A stretch of 64,000 nucleotides of DNA from Candidatus Kuenenia stuttgartensis (GTDB lineage: Bacteria; Planctomycetota; UBA11346), in assembly GCA_945876185.1 (NCBI GenBank), contig CAMCMZ010000002.1:92203-156202 (forward strand), written 5' to 3'. The notes under the pieces were generated by a model that saw nothing but the letters and a program-made list of their open reading frames with translations, made no database searches and was not told the DNA's origin. Positions 17,958-27,235 of this stretch are shown here, piece by piece; position 1 is the first letter of the stretch, and every line of letters starts with the position of its first letter. Position numbers and translations under genes: made by a program.

Positions 17958-19487
17958 TCATCGCTTGATCTCAGCGGGATCCCAGCCCGCCAACGGTGGC
18001 CGGGTCGGCACGGCGAACCGGTCGGCCAGACCGGCGCGGGCCAGCTTGCCGCCAGGTCCGGTCGGCAACGCCTCGACCCACAACCAGCGGCGTGGCCGCT
18101 TGTAGCCGCTCAGGTTCGCCTGCATCCAGGTCGCCAGTTCTGCGTCGTCGGGAATCACGGTTTTCGCCACCAGCACCGCCGCCACCGACTGGCCCCAGGC
18201 CGGATCAGCCAGGCCCACGACTGCCGCAGCGGCGATGGCGGGATGACGCACCAGGACGGCTTCGACCTCGGCCGGGTAGATGTTCTCGCCGCCGCTCAGG
18301 ATCAGGTCATCGCGGCGACAGGCGATGGTCACGAATCCGTCATCATTAAGCGACCCCAGGTCGCCGGTGGCGAACCAGGCTCCAGTGATCTCGCCCAGTT
18401 CCCCGTCGGATTCGTAACCGGCGAACAACGTCGGCCCGGCGATCTCGATCTGACCGATCGTGCCGTTCGCGACGGGCAGGTCGCCGTTGCGGATGCGCAG
18501 GCGCACCCCCGGCAACGGGCGACCCGCGCTGGTGGGATGCGCCGTATATTCGCTGGGCAGCAGGGTGGCGACCTGGCTGCACGCCTCGGTCAGACCATAG
18601 GTCTGGCTTGGTGCCAGGCCGAGATCAGCCGAACGCCGCGCCAGATCTGCGTCGAGCGGCCCGCCGCCGGTCAGCAGGCAGCGCAAGCGGCGCGGCCACG
18701 GTCGACCGGCGCGATCATCGATGAGCCGCGCGAGCATGGTCGGCACCACGCTGATGCCGGTGATGGGTTCAGCGTCGAGCAGGTGGTTGATCTCGGCGGC
18801 CTCGAAACGGCTGGTGATCCACAGGCCGCAGCCGCTCCAGGCGGCGCGCAGCACGGTCGCCGCGCCACCGATGTGGTCGAGCGGCAACGGACAGCACCAG
18901 CCGTCCTCTGGCGTCAGCCCCAGGTGCGTCACCGCCGCCTGCGCCGCCCGATTCACCGCCAGCATCGGCAGGCGGGCCGCCTTGGGGCGTCCTGAGGTGC
19001 CCGAGGTGAACAGCACCAGGGCCGGATCCGCGAGCGATGACGAACGCACCGGCGCGTCGTCATAGGCCGGTGCCGGCGCCAGGGTCAACCGGCGCGGCCC
19101 GGTCGGCGGACTGAGGACGGATCGGGGTTCGCGCGGATCCGGGAGTTCGAGGCCTGGCGGGGAAATTTCCTCGTCGGTCAGCGCTGCGGCCGGATGGTCG
19201 GGCGCCGCCAGCAACCAGTCGAGGTGCGCCCGCAGAACCTGGTCCCGCAATTCAGCGTGCGCCAGACGGTGGTTGAAGAGCACCATGGTCGCACCGAGTC
19301 GAGGCAAGCCGGCGAGCGCCGCTGCCGCCACCGCGTCATTGACCAACCCCAACCCGACCCGATCGCCCGGGCGGATGCCGGCCCGGCTGAAGGCCCGCGC
19401 CGCTGCGGATTCTCCGGGGAATATCCAGGGCGGATCGTCCTCGCCGGGATCCGGCCGCCGCGTCGGCCTGAGCCAACCAAGGGTCAT
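17958..19487 (-). CDS. menE: o-Succinylbenzoate-CoA ligase
   Basis: FTSGTSGRPK, PLDHIGG, TYGLTEACSQ, ATGDLG, SGGENIYP; coupled to menC. Confidence 0.8.
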   Translation of the reverse strand: MTLGWLRPTRRPDPGEDDPPWIFPGESAAARAFSRAGIRPGDRVGLGLVNDAVAAAALAGLPRLGATMVLFNHRLAHAELRDQVLRAHLDWLLAAPDHPAAALTDEEISPPGLELPDPREPRSVLSPPTGPRRLTLAPAPAYDDAPVRSSSLADPALVLFTSGTSGRPKAARLPMLAVNRAAQAAVTHLGLTPEDGWCCPLPLDHIGGAATVLRAAWSGCGLWITSRFEAAEINHLLDAEPITGISVVPTMLARLIDDRAGRPWPRRLRCLLTGGGPLDADLARRSADLGLAPSQTYGLTEACSQVATLLPSEYTAHPTSAGRPLPGVRLRIRNGDLPVANGTIGQIEIAGPTLFAGYESDGELGEITGAWFATGDLGSLNDDGFVTIACRRDDLILSGGENIYPAEVEAVLVRHPAIAAAAVVGLADPAWGQSVAAVLVAKTVIPDDAELATWMQANLSGYKRPRRWLWVEALPTGPGGKLARAGLADRFAVPTRPPLAGWDPAEIKR

Positions 19488-20569
19488 AACGTCGGCGGAT
19501 CCTTGAGGTCACCGATGCCCAACCCGGCCCGGGCGTGAATGGTGATATCGCCGCCGCTCATCTTCAGGGGTTCAGTGGTGAGATCGTCGACGATCAGATC
19601 GCCGGTCGCCAGACCGTGCGCCTGCTGGTCAAGCGCGAGCGCCGCCGCCATGTGGGTGGCGTGGGCGCGGCCGATCGCTCCATCCAACGTCGACGACAGC
19701 ACGATCCCCAGGCCGCACGACTTGGCGAGCTGCACCGCCTGGCGGATCGGCCGCCAGCCGCCGAACAGCATCGGCTTGAGCACCACCACATCGGCGGCCT
19801 GGGCGGCGCCGATGCGACCGACATCGGCGGGGACGCGAGCGGATTCGTCGAGAGCGATCTTCACCGCCGCACGGCGGCGCAGTTGCGCGGTCCGGTCGAG
19901 GTCCGCCGCCGGCAGGGGTTGTTCCAGGTATTCGAGCGCATCCGGGCCGATCTCGCTGGCGAAGGCCAGGGCCTGCTCGGCGGTCCAGGCACCATTGGCG
20001 TCGGCGCGCAGGGCGATCCGCTTCGCCACCCGGGTACGCAAGGATGTCACCTGCTTGGCGGCAAGGTGATGGTCGGGCGACAGCTTCACCTTCACGGTGC
20101 GGAAACCGGCCCGCACCGCCGCATCGGCGGCAGCGAGCTGGTCGTTGCCGCTGATCAGCGCGTTGACCGGGATCCAGGGCGAATACTGGGGCGAGAGCAG
20201 TTCCGCGAGCGGCACCCCGTGCAGCTTTGCGAGGAGATCGAGCAGGGCGCCTTCCACCGCCGAACGGGCGCAGGGCGTGGCGGCGAGGACGCGCTCAAGC
20301 GGCCCGAGCGGCGCGTCGGGCCGGCCGCGATCAAGCCAGGTAGCGATGAAGGTGTCGTCGAGCAGGTCCACCGCCTGGGCCAGCGCCGCGGCGCAGTCCT
20401 TGGGTTTTTCCCCGCCGAACAAGGGCAAGGGCGCGGCCTCGCCCAAGCCCGTCAGGCCGCTGCCGTCGCCGACCGCCAGCACCCACACCCGGCGCAGGCC
20501 GATGGTGCCCTGGCTGGTATGCACCGGCCGGGCGAACATCAGGTCACGAACGGAGAGGATGGCGGGCAC
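19484..20569 (-). CDS. menC: o-Succinylbenzoate synthase (enolase superfamily)
   Basis: GEAAPLP, KVK, RADANGAW, LEYLEQP, IALDES, VLKPM; start estimated (GTG). Confidence 0.8.
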   Translation of the reverse strand: MPAILSVRDLMFARPVHTSQGTIGLRRVWVLAVGDGSGLTGLGEAAPLPLFGGEKPKDCAAALAQAVDLLDDTFIATWLDRGRPDAPLGPLERVLAATPCARSAVEGALLDLLAKLHGVPLAELLSPQYSPWIPVNALISGNDQLAAADAAVRAGFRTVKVKLSPDHHLAAKQVTSLRTRVAKRIALRADANGAWTAEQALAFASEIGPDALEYLEQPLPAADLDRTAQLRRRAAVKIALDESARVPADVGRIGAAQAADVVVLKPMLFGGWRPIRQAVQLAKSCGLGIVLSSTLDGAIGRAHATHMAAALALDQQAHGLATGDLIVDDLTTEPLKMSGGDITIHARAGLGIGDLKDPPTL

Positions 20570-20634
20570 GGCGGCAGGGTTCGGGTTGGCTTGTATTTGG
20601 GATAGACGGAAGCGGTTCGGGATCCCTGAGCGTG

Positions 20635-21585
20635 TTACACCGTAACGCCGCAAACCAAACGCGAAACCCAGGTGGTGAACTCGGCACTGGACCAGGCGCC
20701 GAAACAGGCGCTGATGCTCACCGTGGCCGCTGTCAGCAGTTCAACCGCCGCCGTGCGTCCCAGCCAGGGATTGAGCGCGGCGCCCTGGGCCCGTACGGTG
20801 CCAATGCCGGCCACCACCGCGCCGAACGCGGCAACGCCGACCGCCGGCCACAGCCAGGACAGCGCGATGGCGGCCACGGCAAACAATGCCACGGCCGAAG
20901 CGTGCAGCGCCAGCAGATAGACCCGGCTCAGGCGATCCCCCAGGCGCACCGCCAGAGTCCGCTTGCCGACCCGGCCATCGGTCGGCAGGTCGCGCAGGTT
21001 GTTCACCGCGAGGATCGCGGTGGCCTGCAATCCGATCGCCCCGGCCACCGCCCAGCACGGCCAGGGCGGAACCCCCGGCACGCCCGCCGCCGCCACCTGC
21101 ACCCACCACGATCCCAGCACCGCCGCAAAGCCGAAGAACAGCAGCACGAACAGGTCGCCCAGACCCAGGTAGGCAAGCGGGAACGGCCCGGTGGTGTAGG
21201 CCAGCGCCAGGACGATCGACACCACGCCCAAGATCAGGATGGGCCATCCGGCGATCGCGGTCAGCCACAGCCCGACCAGGAAAGCGAACGCCAGCACGAT
21301 CGCCGTCGCCACACCCATCGCCCGCGCGCTGATCTCGCCCGTCGCCACTGCCCGGCGCGGCCCGAGGCGGTCGGGCGTGTCGCCTCCCTTCAACGCGTCC
21401 CCCAGGTCATTGGCGAAATTGCAGCCGATCTGGATCAGGATCGCCCCGATCAGACAGGCCGCGACGCCATCCCAGCGCACCGGCACCGTGGTCGCGGCCA
21501 ACGCGGTACCCACCGCCACCGGCGCCGCCCCGGCAGCCAGGGTGCGCGGACGGGTCGCGGCCAACCAGACGGTGAGACGTGCCAT
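20635..21585 (-). CDS. menA: 1,4-Dihydroxy-2-naphthoate polyprenyltransferase
   Basis: WLAATRPRTL, QIGCNFAND..D..KGGD, YTTGPFPLAYLGLGD, VNNLRD..TD...GKRTLAVRLG. Confidence 0.9.
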   Translation of the reverse strand: MARLTVWLAATRPRTLAAGAAPVAVGTALAATTVPVRWDGVAACLIGAILIQIGCNFANDLGDALKGGDTPDRLGPRRAVATGEISARAMGVATAIVLAFAFLVGLWLTAIAGWPILILGVVSIVLALAYTTGPFPLAYLGLGDLFVLLFFGFAAVLGSWWVQVAAAGVPGVPPWPCWAVAGAIGLQATAILAVNNLRDLPTDGRVGKRTLAVRLGDRLSRVYLLALHASAVALFAVAAIALSWLWPAVGVAAFGAVVAGIGTVRAQGAALNPWLGRTAAVELLTAATVSISACFGAWSSAEFTTWVSRLVCGVTV

Positions 21586-21706
21586 GATCGGCGCAGTACA
21601 GGGTGGATGCGCGGACAGCGCAAGGCGCCGCCGGACCAGGACGTGACGGAGATGGCTGCGCGCCCCAGACTGCGAAACCGGTTGCCGCACGGGTACTAAC
21701 ACAAGC

Positions 21707-22174
21707 ATGCCCGGCATGCCGGTGCGCTGGATCATCGCATGCGTCCTCCTGGTGATCATCGGCGTAGTCCTGATCCAGGTGCCGGTCTCCACCCGGGTGA
21801 CCAAGGTGGACGCGCATACTGGCAGCCGCTCAGGTCATACCCGCACCTGGTTCGGAACCTTCGGCCGTTGGCAGGAGATCACCGCGTTCGAACGACGGTT
21901 GGAACGGCTGCTTTCTGGCGGCGTCGAGCATCGTTGGGTCTTCATCTCGGGGGACGAATACAATGTCTATGGCGGCACGGTCGCCTTCAATTGCGGCAAC
22001 AATCCGGCATTTGAACTGCACGGAGCCTGGATCGACCGTTGGGTGGAGCAGGCGTCCGACGCCGACCTCCTCGACCTCTATCACCTGCTCCGTACTCGCG
22101 ATCGGGTGAAGATCACCGCTGCGGTGCGAGCGATTGCTGATCGTGGACTGGAGTTGCTCCGGAATCAGCCGTGA
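21707..22174 (+). CDS. Hypothetical protein with N-terminal TM helix
   Basis: 155-aa open frame, hydrophobic N-terminus. Confidence 0.55.
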   Translation: MPGMPVRWIIACVLLVIIGVVLIQVPVSTRVTKVDAHTGSRSGHTRTWFGTFGRWQEITAFERRLERLLSGGVEHRWVFISGDEYNVYGGTVAFNCGNNPAFELHGAWIDRWVEQASDADLLDLYHLLRTRDRVKITAAVRAIADRGLELLRNQP

Positions 22175-22178
22175 CGCC

Positions 22179-24137
22179 TCACCCGTCGCTGCGCCACGGA
22201 CACGCCGGGATGCCGGTGCCGTCGGTCAGGTTCGCGTCGACCGGATTGTCGGCCCAGGCGTAGCGCACGGCGGCTGGCGTACCGATCTCGGGGTTGCTGA
22301 CGATCACGGTGTCACCCTCGATCCGGGCCTGGGCGATCTTCCAGATCCGGTTGCTGCCGGTGATCCAGAAACCCGCCACCGGGCGGCCGTCGCGGGTGAC
22401 CAGGCCGCCCGTCACCGCGAAGCGCACGCACACCTGAAGACCAAGGATTTCCCAGCCGGACACGACGGGGCCGTTGGCGGGATGCGGGTCACCGTGGACC
22501 AGGCGGCTGAGGTGCCGGGCGAGACGCTCGCCGGGCACGCGCTTGTTGCGGGGATGGATGTCCTCGGCATCGCCGCAATCGAGGATCACCGCCTGACCGG
22601 TGGCTGGCAGACGCAGGGTGCGGGTCTGGGCTTCGCGCAATTCAGCCCAGGTCGAACGCTGGCCGGGCCGCTCGGCCGGCATGCGCCAGGCGGTCAGTTG
22701 CGCCCAGACGAACGGCAGCGGCGCTGCGCCGGATTCACTGCGGAACCAGCGCCGCCAATCGAGGATCAGGCCGGCGAACAGCGCCCGGTAGGCCTCGGCA
22801 CGATCGGCGTTGCTTTCCCCCTGATACCAGAGGATGCCCGCCAATGACGCCGGGATCAGCGGCGCGATCATGCCCGCGAACAACGAGGACGCGCAGCCGG
22901 GACCGAGCGCATCAGGCCCGTTCAGCACCAAAGGCAGCGCCGGTCGCTGACTGATGAGCGACGCGCCGATGCGACAGCGCCAGGTCGCTGGCAGCGCCAC
23001 CTGCACTGTGCCAAAATCCAGGCACATCCCTTGCGGTCCGCCGCCGAAGCCGCCCCGACCACCGTAGTCGATGACCCGTACCGCGATCCGGTTGCGGCCG
23101 GCGCGGATGGCCGCGCCGGGCACCACATGGTTGCGCTGCAGGTTCCAATGGTCAGGTCCGTCGCGCAGATCGATGCCGCCGACGAACTGGCCGTTCCACC
23201 AGGTGGTGTCCTCGTTGTCGACCGAGCCAAGGCGCAGGATGGCGTCGCGTCCGGCGCAGGCGGCCGGGATGTCGAGGTCGCAGGCGAACCAGGCGACGCC
23301 TTCGTGGCTGCCCATGACCGCATTGGGCCAGAAGGCCGGCATGGGGTGGTCGCGCCAAGCCCCTAGGGCTTGGTCCGGCTGATGGAATCCAGCGGTCTCG
23401 CCACCATCCGCAGCCAGGATCGCCTGGTGCCAGGCGAGGAAATTCCTCTCGAAGTCGGCCCAGATGCTGGACGCCATCGCCTGATGCGCGGCCGGATCCT
23501 GCTGCCGCAACCGATCGAGGTCCACGATCTGTTGCCGGGCCTGGTTCGATTCCGGAAAATGCTGGAGCTCCTCGGGACTCAGCCACGACTCGATCGCGGT
23601 GCCGCCCCAGCTCGCGTTGATCAGGCCGACCGGGATGGCGGGATCGCGCTGCCGCAACGCCCGGCCGGCATGCCACCCGACGGCCGAAAATGCGGGTGCC
23701 GTCCCGGGGGTGCTGACCTGCCAGGCCGCATTGAGATCACGGCGCGGAAACAGCGCGGTGCGCTTGGGCACCGTGAGCAGGCGCAGGCCGTCATCGGCGG
23801 CACTGGCGATGGCCGCCGCTGCCTCGGTGGTGTCCGCCAGTGGCCATTCCATGTTGCTCTGGCCCGAACACAAAAACACATCCCCGATCAGGATGTCGCG
23901 GCTGAGGGCGCGTTCCCCGGTCGACGATTCCGCCAGCAGGCCATACGGACCACCCGCCGGCAGGGCTGGCAGACGCACCAGCCAGCGTCCATCAGCCTCA
24001 ACGCTGCCGACCGCCTCGCCGCCGGCGAGTTCTACCCGCACCGTCGTCCCCGGCTCACCCTCGCCCCAGACCGGCAGCGGCGCTTCGCGCTGGACCACGG
24101 CATGATCGCGGAAGAGGGGATGAAAGGAGAGCGGCAT
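22179..24137 (-). CDS. Sialate O-acetylesterase family (SGNH) with inserted sugar-binding domain
   Basis: LFRDHAVVQR, GDVFLCSGQSNMEW, WGGTAIESW, WYQGESN, DIHPRNK, VRYAWADNP. Confidence 0.9.
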   Translation of the reverse strand: MPLSFHPLFRDHAVVQREAPLPVWGEGEPGTTVRVELAGGEAVGSVEADGRWLVRLPALPAGGPYGLLAESSTGERALSRDILIGDVFLCSGQSNMEWPLADTTEAAAAIASAADDGLRLLTVPKRTALFPRRDLNAAWQVSTPGTAPAFSAVGWHAGRALRQRDPAIPVGLINASWGGTAIESWLSPEELQHFPESNQARQQIVDLDRLRQQDPAAHQAMASSIWADFERNFLAWHQAILAADGGETAGFHQPDQALGAWRDHPMPAFWPNAVMGSHEGVAWFACDLDIPAACAGRDAILRLGSVDNEDTTWWNGQFVGGIDLRDGPDHWNLQRNHVVPGAAIRAGRNRIAVRVIDYGGRGGFGGGPQGMCLDFGTVQVALPATWRCRIGASLISQRPALPLVLNGPDALGPGCASSLFAGMIAPLIPASLAGILWYQGESNADRAEAYRALFAGLILDWRRWFRSESGAAPLPFVWAQLTAWRMPAERPGQRSTWAELREAQTRTLRLPATGQAVILDCGDAEDIHPRNKRVPGERLARHLSRLVHGDPHPANGPVVSGWEILGLQVCVRFAVTGGLVTRDGRPVAGFWITGSNRIWKIAQARIEGDTVIVSNPEIGTPAAVRYAWADNPVDANLTDGTGIPACPWRSDG

Positions 24138-24276
24138 GGAATACTCCGGCGATGGCGTGCGAGCGGACGGGAAAGTCTGATCCTGGCCCCAGTACGGGCA
24201 AGCCGGCCGACCGCCGTTGCGCCAGCCGACCGTCCCGCCACTGGCACGCGCCCGATGCAGCGGCGATGCTGCCATC

Positions 24277-25626
24277 ATGCTCACCTCGATCTCGCCTTGG
24301 GACGGCACGCCGGTCTGGCGCGCCGCAGCCGCCACCACCGCTGAGGCCGCCAGCGCCGTGGCCGCTGCCGCTGCGGACCTTCCGACCTGGGCCCTGGATG
24401 TCGACCGGGCCGGCAAAATCCGGCGCTTCGCCGAGGCCGTGCTGCACCATCGCAAGGCGGTGGTGACGCTGCTGGTGCGCGAAGCTGGAAAAACCGTGGG
24501 CGACGCCGAAGCCGAGGCGGATCAGTTGGGAACGGTGATCGACACCACGCTGGGCGCCGGCCTGGGCCGCACGCCTGGCGTGCCGGCGTTCGGCCACGCG
24601 CTCGCGCTGCCCTGGCGACCGCGCGGGCCGGCGGTGGTGATCGCGCCCGGCAACCAGCCGCTCCTCGCCCTGCATCAGCTTGTCGTGCCGGCGCTGGCGG
24701 TCGGCTGCACCGTGGTCGCCAAGCCCAGCCCGGAGGCGCTCGGACTCGGCGAACTCTACCGGGCCCTGCTCAAAGAAGCCGGCCTCGACGGCGTCTGCAC
24801 CGTGCTGCTGGGCGGCTGCGAGGTGGCCGAAGCGCTCGTTGACCAGCCCGGCGTCGCCACCGTCGCTGCGACCGGGTCGCGCGCGATGGGCGCGGCGCTC
24901 GCGCGCCGGCTTGCCGGGCGCAGCGAGGTCGTGTTCGCCGCCAGCCTGGGCGGGGTGAATCCGGTGCTCGTCCTGCCGGACGGCGACTTGCCGGCGGCGC
25001 TGACCGCCGTGGCAGAAGGCGCCTGGCGCCTGGCTGGCCAGCACGGCACCGCGAGCCGGGTGGCGTTCGTGCCGCGCGCTCAGATGGACACGGCGCTGGA
25101 ACAACTCACCCACGAGCGCCAACGTTGGCTGCCGACCCCGGCGCTCGACGGCGCGGTCGGCCCGATGCGGTCGCTGGCGGCGCGAACGGCGTTCCTCGCC
25201 GGTCTGGCAGACCTACCTGGGGGCACGGATCTCGTCGCTGGTAAACGAGAACCCCTGGAAAAACCCAGTGCCGGCACTGATCCGCTGCTGATCGTCCTGC
25301 GCCAAGGTGCGACCGCCGGGCATCCCTTGCTGACCCGCGAGCACGCCGGACCGGTGCTGGCTGTCGTGCCCTACGACGATGCGGCGCAGGCGGTCGCGTG
25401 GCTGGAAACCAATCCGCATCGGTTGGCGGCGGCGGTGTGGACGACCGACCGCGACCGCTTCCTCGACCTCGCCCGACGCCTGCGCTATGGCCGGCTCTTC
25501 CACAACCGCAGCACGCTCAGTGCGCGCCTCGACCTGCCCGCCGCCGGCTGCGGCCTGAGCGGCACCGGCCAAGCAGCCGGCGTCGCGGCCTGCCAGATTT
25601 TCGCCGACGAGACCGTGGTATGGTGA
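24277..25626 (+). CDS. Aldehyde dehydrogenase family protein with degenerate active site
   Basis: ALDH fold motifs (KPS, TGS, EH.GPV) but AASLGGVNP (no Glu) and AGQHGTAS (no Cys). Confidence 0.75.
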   Translation: MLTSISPWDGTPVWRAAAATTAEAASAVAAAAADLPTWALDVDRAGKIRRFAEAVLHHRKAVVTLLVREAGKTVGDAEAEADQLGTVIDTTLGAGLGRTPGVPAFGHALALPWRPRGPAVVIAPGNQPLLALHQLVVPALAVGCTVVAKPSPEALGLGELYRALLKEAGLDGVCTVLLGGCEVAEALVDQPGVATVAATGSRAMGAALARRLAGRSEVVFAASLGGVNPVLVLPDGDLPAALTAVAEGAWRLAGQHGTASRVAFVPRAQMDTALEQLTHERQRWLPTPALDGAVGPMRSLAARTAFLAGLADLPGGTDLVAGKREPLEKPSAGTDPLLIVLRQGATAGHPLLTREHAGPVLAVVPYDDAAQAVAWLETNPHRLAAAVWTTDRDRFLDLARRLRYGRLFHNRSTLSARLDLPAAGCGLSGTGQAAGVAACQIFADETVVW

Positions 25627-26732
25627 CCAATGGCGAAGCGGCCCACCCGCCGGGGGCCAACCGCTACATCCATCCGCTGCGCATCCGCGACCTGCGCCTA
25701 GCCAACAACCTCTGCCTCGCGCCGATGGCGGGCTTCACCAACCTCGCCTTCCGCCTGATCGCCAAAGAGGTCGGTGGCTGCGGCCTGGTCGCGACCGAGA
25801 TGGTCGCCGCCATCGCGCAGGATCAGCAGGGCGAGGCCCAAGCTGAACGTTTCCGCGTCCTGACTGAGAACCTGCCCGAGGAAAAACCCCTCGCGATGCA
25901 GGTTTACGGCCGCGAGCCTGACCGTTGCGCCCGCACCGCCGCCGCGCTCGAACGCGCTGGTGCGGACCTCATCGACCTCAACTGCGGCTGCCCGGTCAGA
26001 AAAGCGAAAGAGGCCGGCTGCGGCGTCGCCCTGATGCGCGAGCCGGATCAAGTCGGCCGCATCATCGCCGCGATGCGCGCCGCCGTCAGCCGCCCGGTCA
26101 CCGCCAAGATCCGCCTTGGCGCCAACGCGAACGAACGCAATGCGGTCGAGGTCGCCCTCGCCGCCTGCGAAAACGGCGCCGACGCGGTGTTCGTCCACGC
26201 CCGCACCGGTGAATCGAAACACGGCGTGCCGGTCGATCTGGCCGGGGTGGCCGAGGTCAAACAGGCTATTTCCGCGCGCTGGGGCGACCGCATCCCGGTG
26301 ATCGCCAACGGCAGCCTCGACACCGCCGCCGCCATCCGCGCCGCCAAAGACGAAGCCGGCGCCGACGGCTACCAGATCGGCCGCAAGGCCTGCGGTGATC
26401 CCTGGATCTTTAGGAACCTCATCGCCGAACTGTCTGGCGCCGCACCGCATCGCCCGACCCCGGCCGAACGCCGCACGCTGCTGGAGCGCCACTTCGACCT
26501 CATCCTGCGCCTCTACGGCGAATACCGAGGCGTGCGCGTGATGCGGAAATACACGTTTTTCTACTGCAACGGCCTGCCCGGCGTGCGCCGCTTCCGGGAC
26601 CAGTTCTGCCGCATCACCAGCCGTAGCGACTTCGCCCAGGTGGTCGATGGGTTCTTCAGCGACCTCGCCAGCGGCCGAATCAACGGGCAGGCGGAGCATC
26701 TGGAGTTGTTCGAACGGCACGCGGAAGGGTGA
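25620..26732 (+). CDS. dusB: tRNA-dihydrouridine synthase (DusB type)
   Basis: LAPMAG, IDLNCGCP, VTAKIRLG, VHART, IPVIANG, GDPWIF. Confidence 0.9.
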   Translation: MVTNGEAAHPPGANRYIHPLRIRDLRLANNLCLAPMAGFTNLAFRLIAKEVGGCGLVATEMVAAIAQDQQGEAQAERFRVLTENLPEEKPLAMQVYGREPDRCARTAAALERAGADLIDLNCGCPVRKAKEAGCGVALMREPDQVGRIIAAMRAAVSRPVTAKIRLGANANERNAVEVALAACENGADAVFVHARTGESKHGVPVDLAGVAEVKQAISARWGDRIPVIANGSLDTAAAIRAAKDEAGADGYQIGRKACGDPWIFRNLIAELSGAAPHRPTPAERRTLLERHFDLILRLYGEYRGVRVMRKYTFFYCNGLPGVRRFRDQFCRITSRSDFAQVVDGFFSDLASGRINGQAEHLELFERHAEG

Positions 26733-26828
26733 TCCGCCTCCGACGTCGGCCGGCAGGTCTATTCCCGGAAACAGGGCGACGGTCTTGCGTTCATCTTTTG
26801 GTCATCCTGGCGCGGTTCCGTGCGGCGC

Positions 26829-27235
26829 TCATTTTGCCGGGCTGAAGACCTGGAACTCGCTGATGTTGATGGGACGTTCGGCCTTGAAGACGTGGAGGCG
26901 CACTTCCCGGGCGCGGACGGGCGCGAAGGAGATGTCTTTGTCCGCGCCGATTGTCGTGCCGCGGGCGACTTCCTTCCACGCGTTGCCTTGCTTCACTTCG
27001 AGCGCGAACTCGCGCGTCTCCGGCCACTCGATCTCACTGATCCAGACCCGGCCGATCTCCTTCTCTTCGCCAAGGTCCACCGCCAGCCATCCGTCCCGGG
27101 CCTGGAAATCCGAGGCCCAGCGCGTCGCGATGTCGTCGTCCACCGCGCGCGCCGCGTCGTATCCGGGCTGGTCGATCTGGCTCGACACCGTCACCGGCTT
27201 GCCCTGGTTCAAGGGCCGGGCGGCGGCGAGATGGG
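26829..27235 (-). CDS. F5/8 type C (discoidin/CBM32) domain, probably the frameshifted C-terminus of the upstream hydrolase
   Basis: LNQGKPVTVSS...AARAVDDDIATRWAS..WLAVDLG...SEFQVF; no convincing start of its own. Confidence 0.7.
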
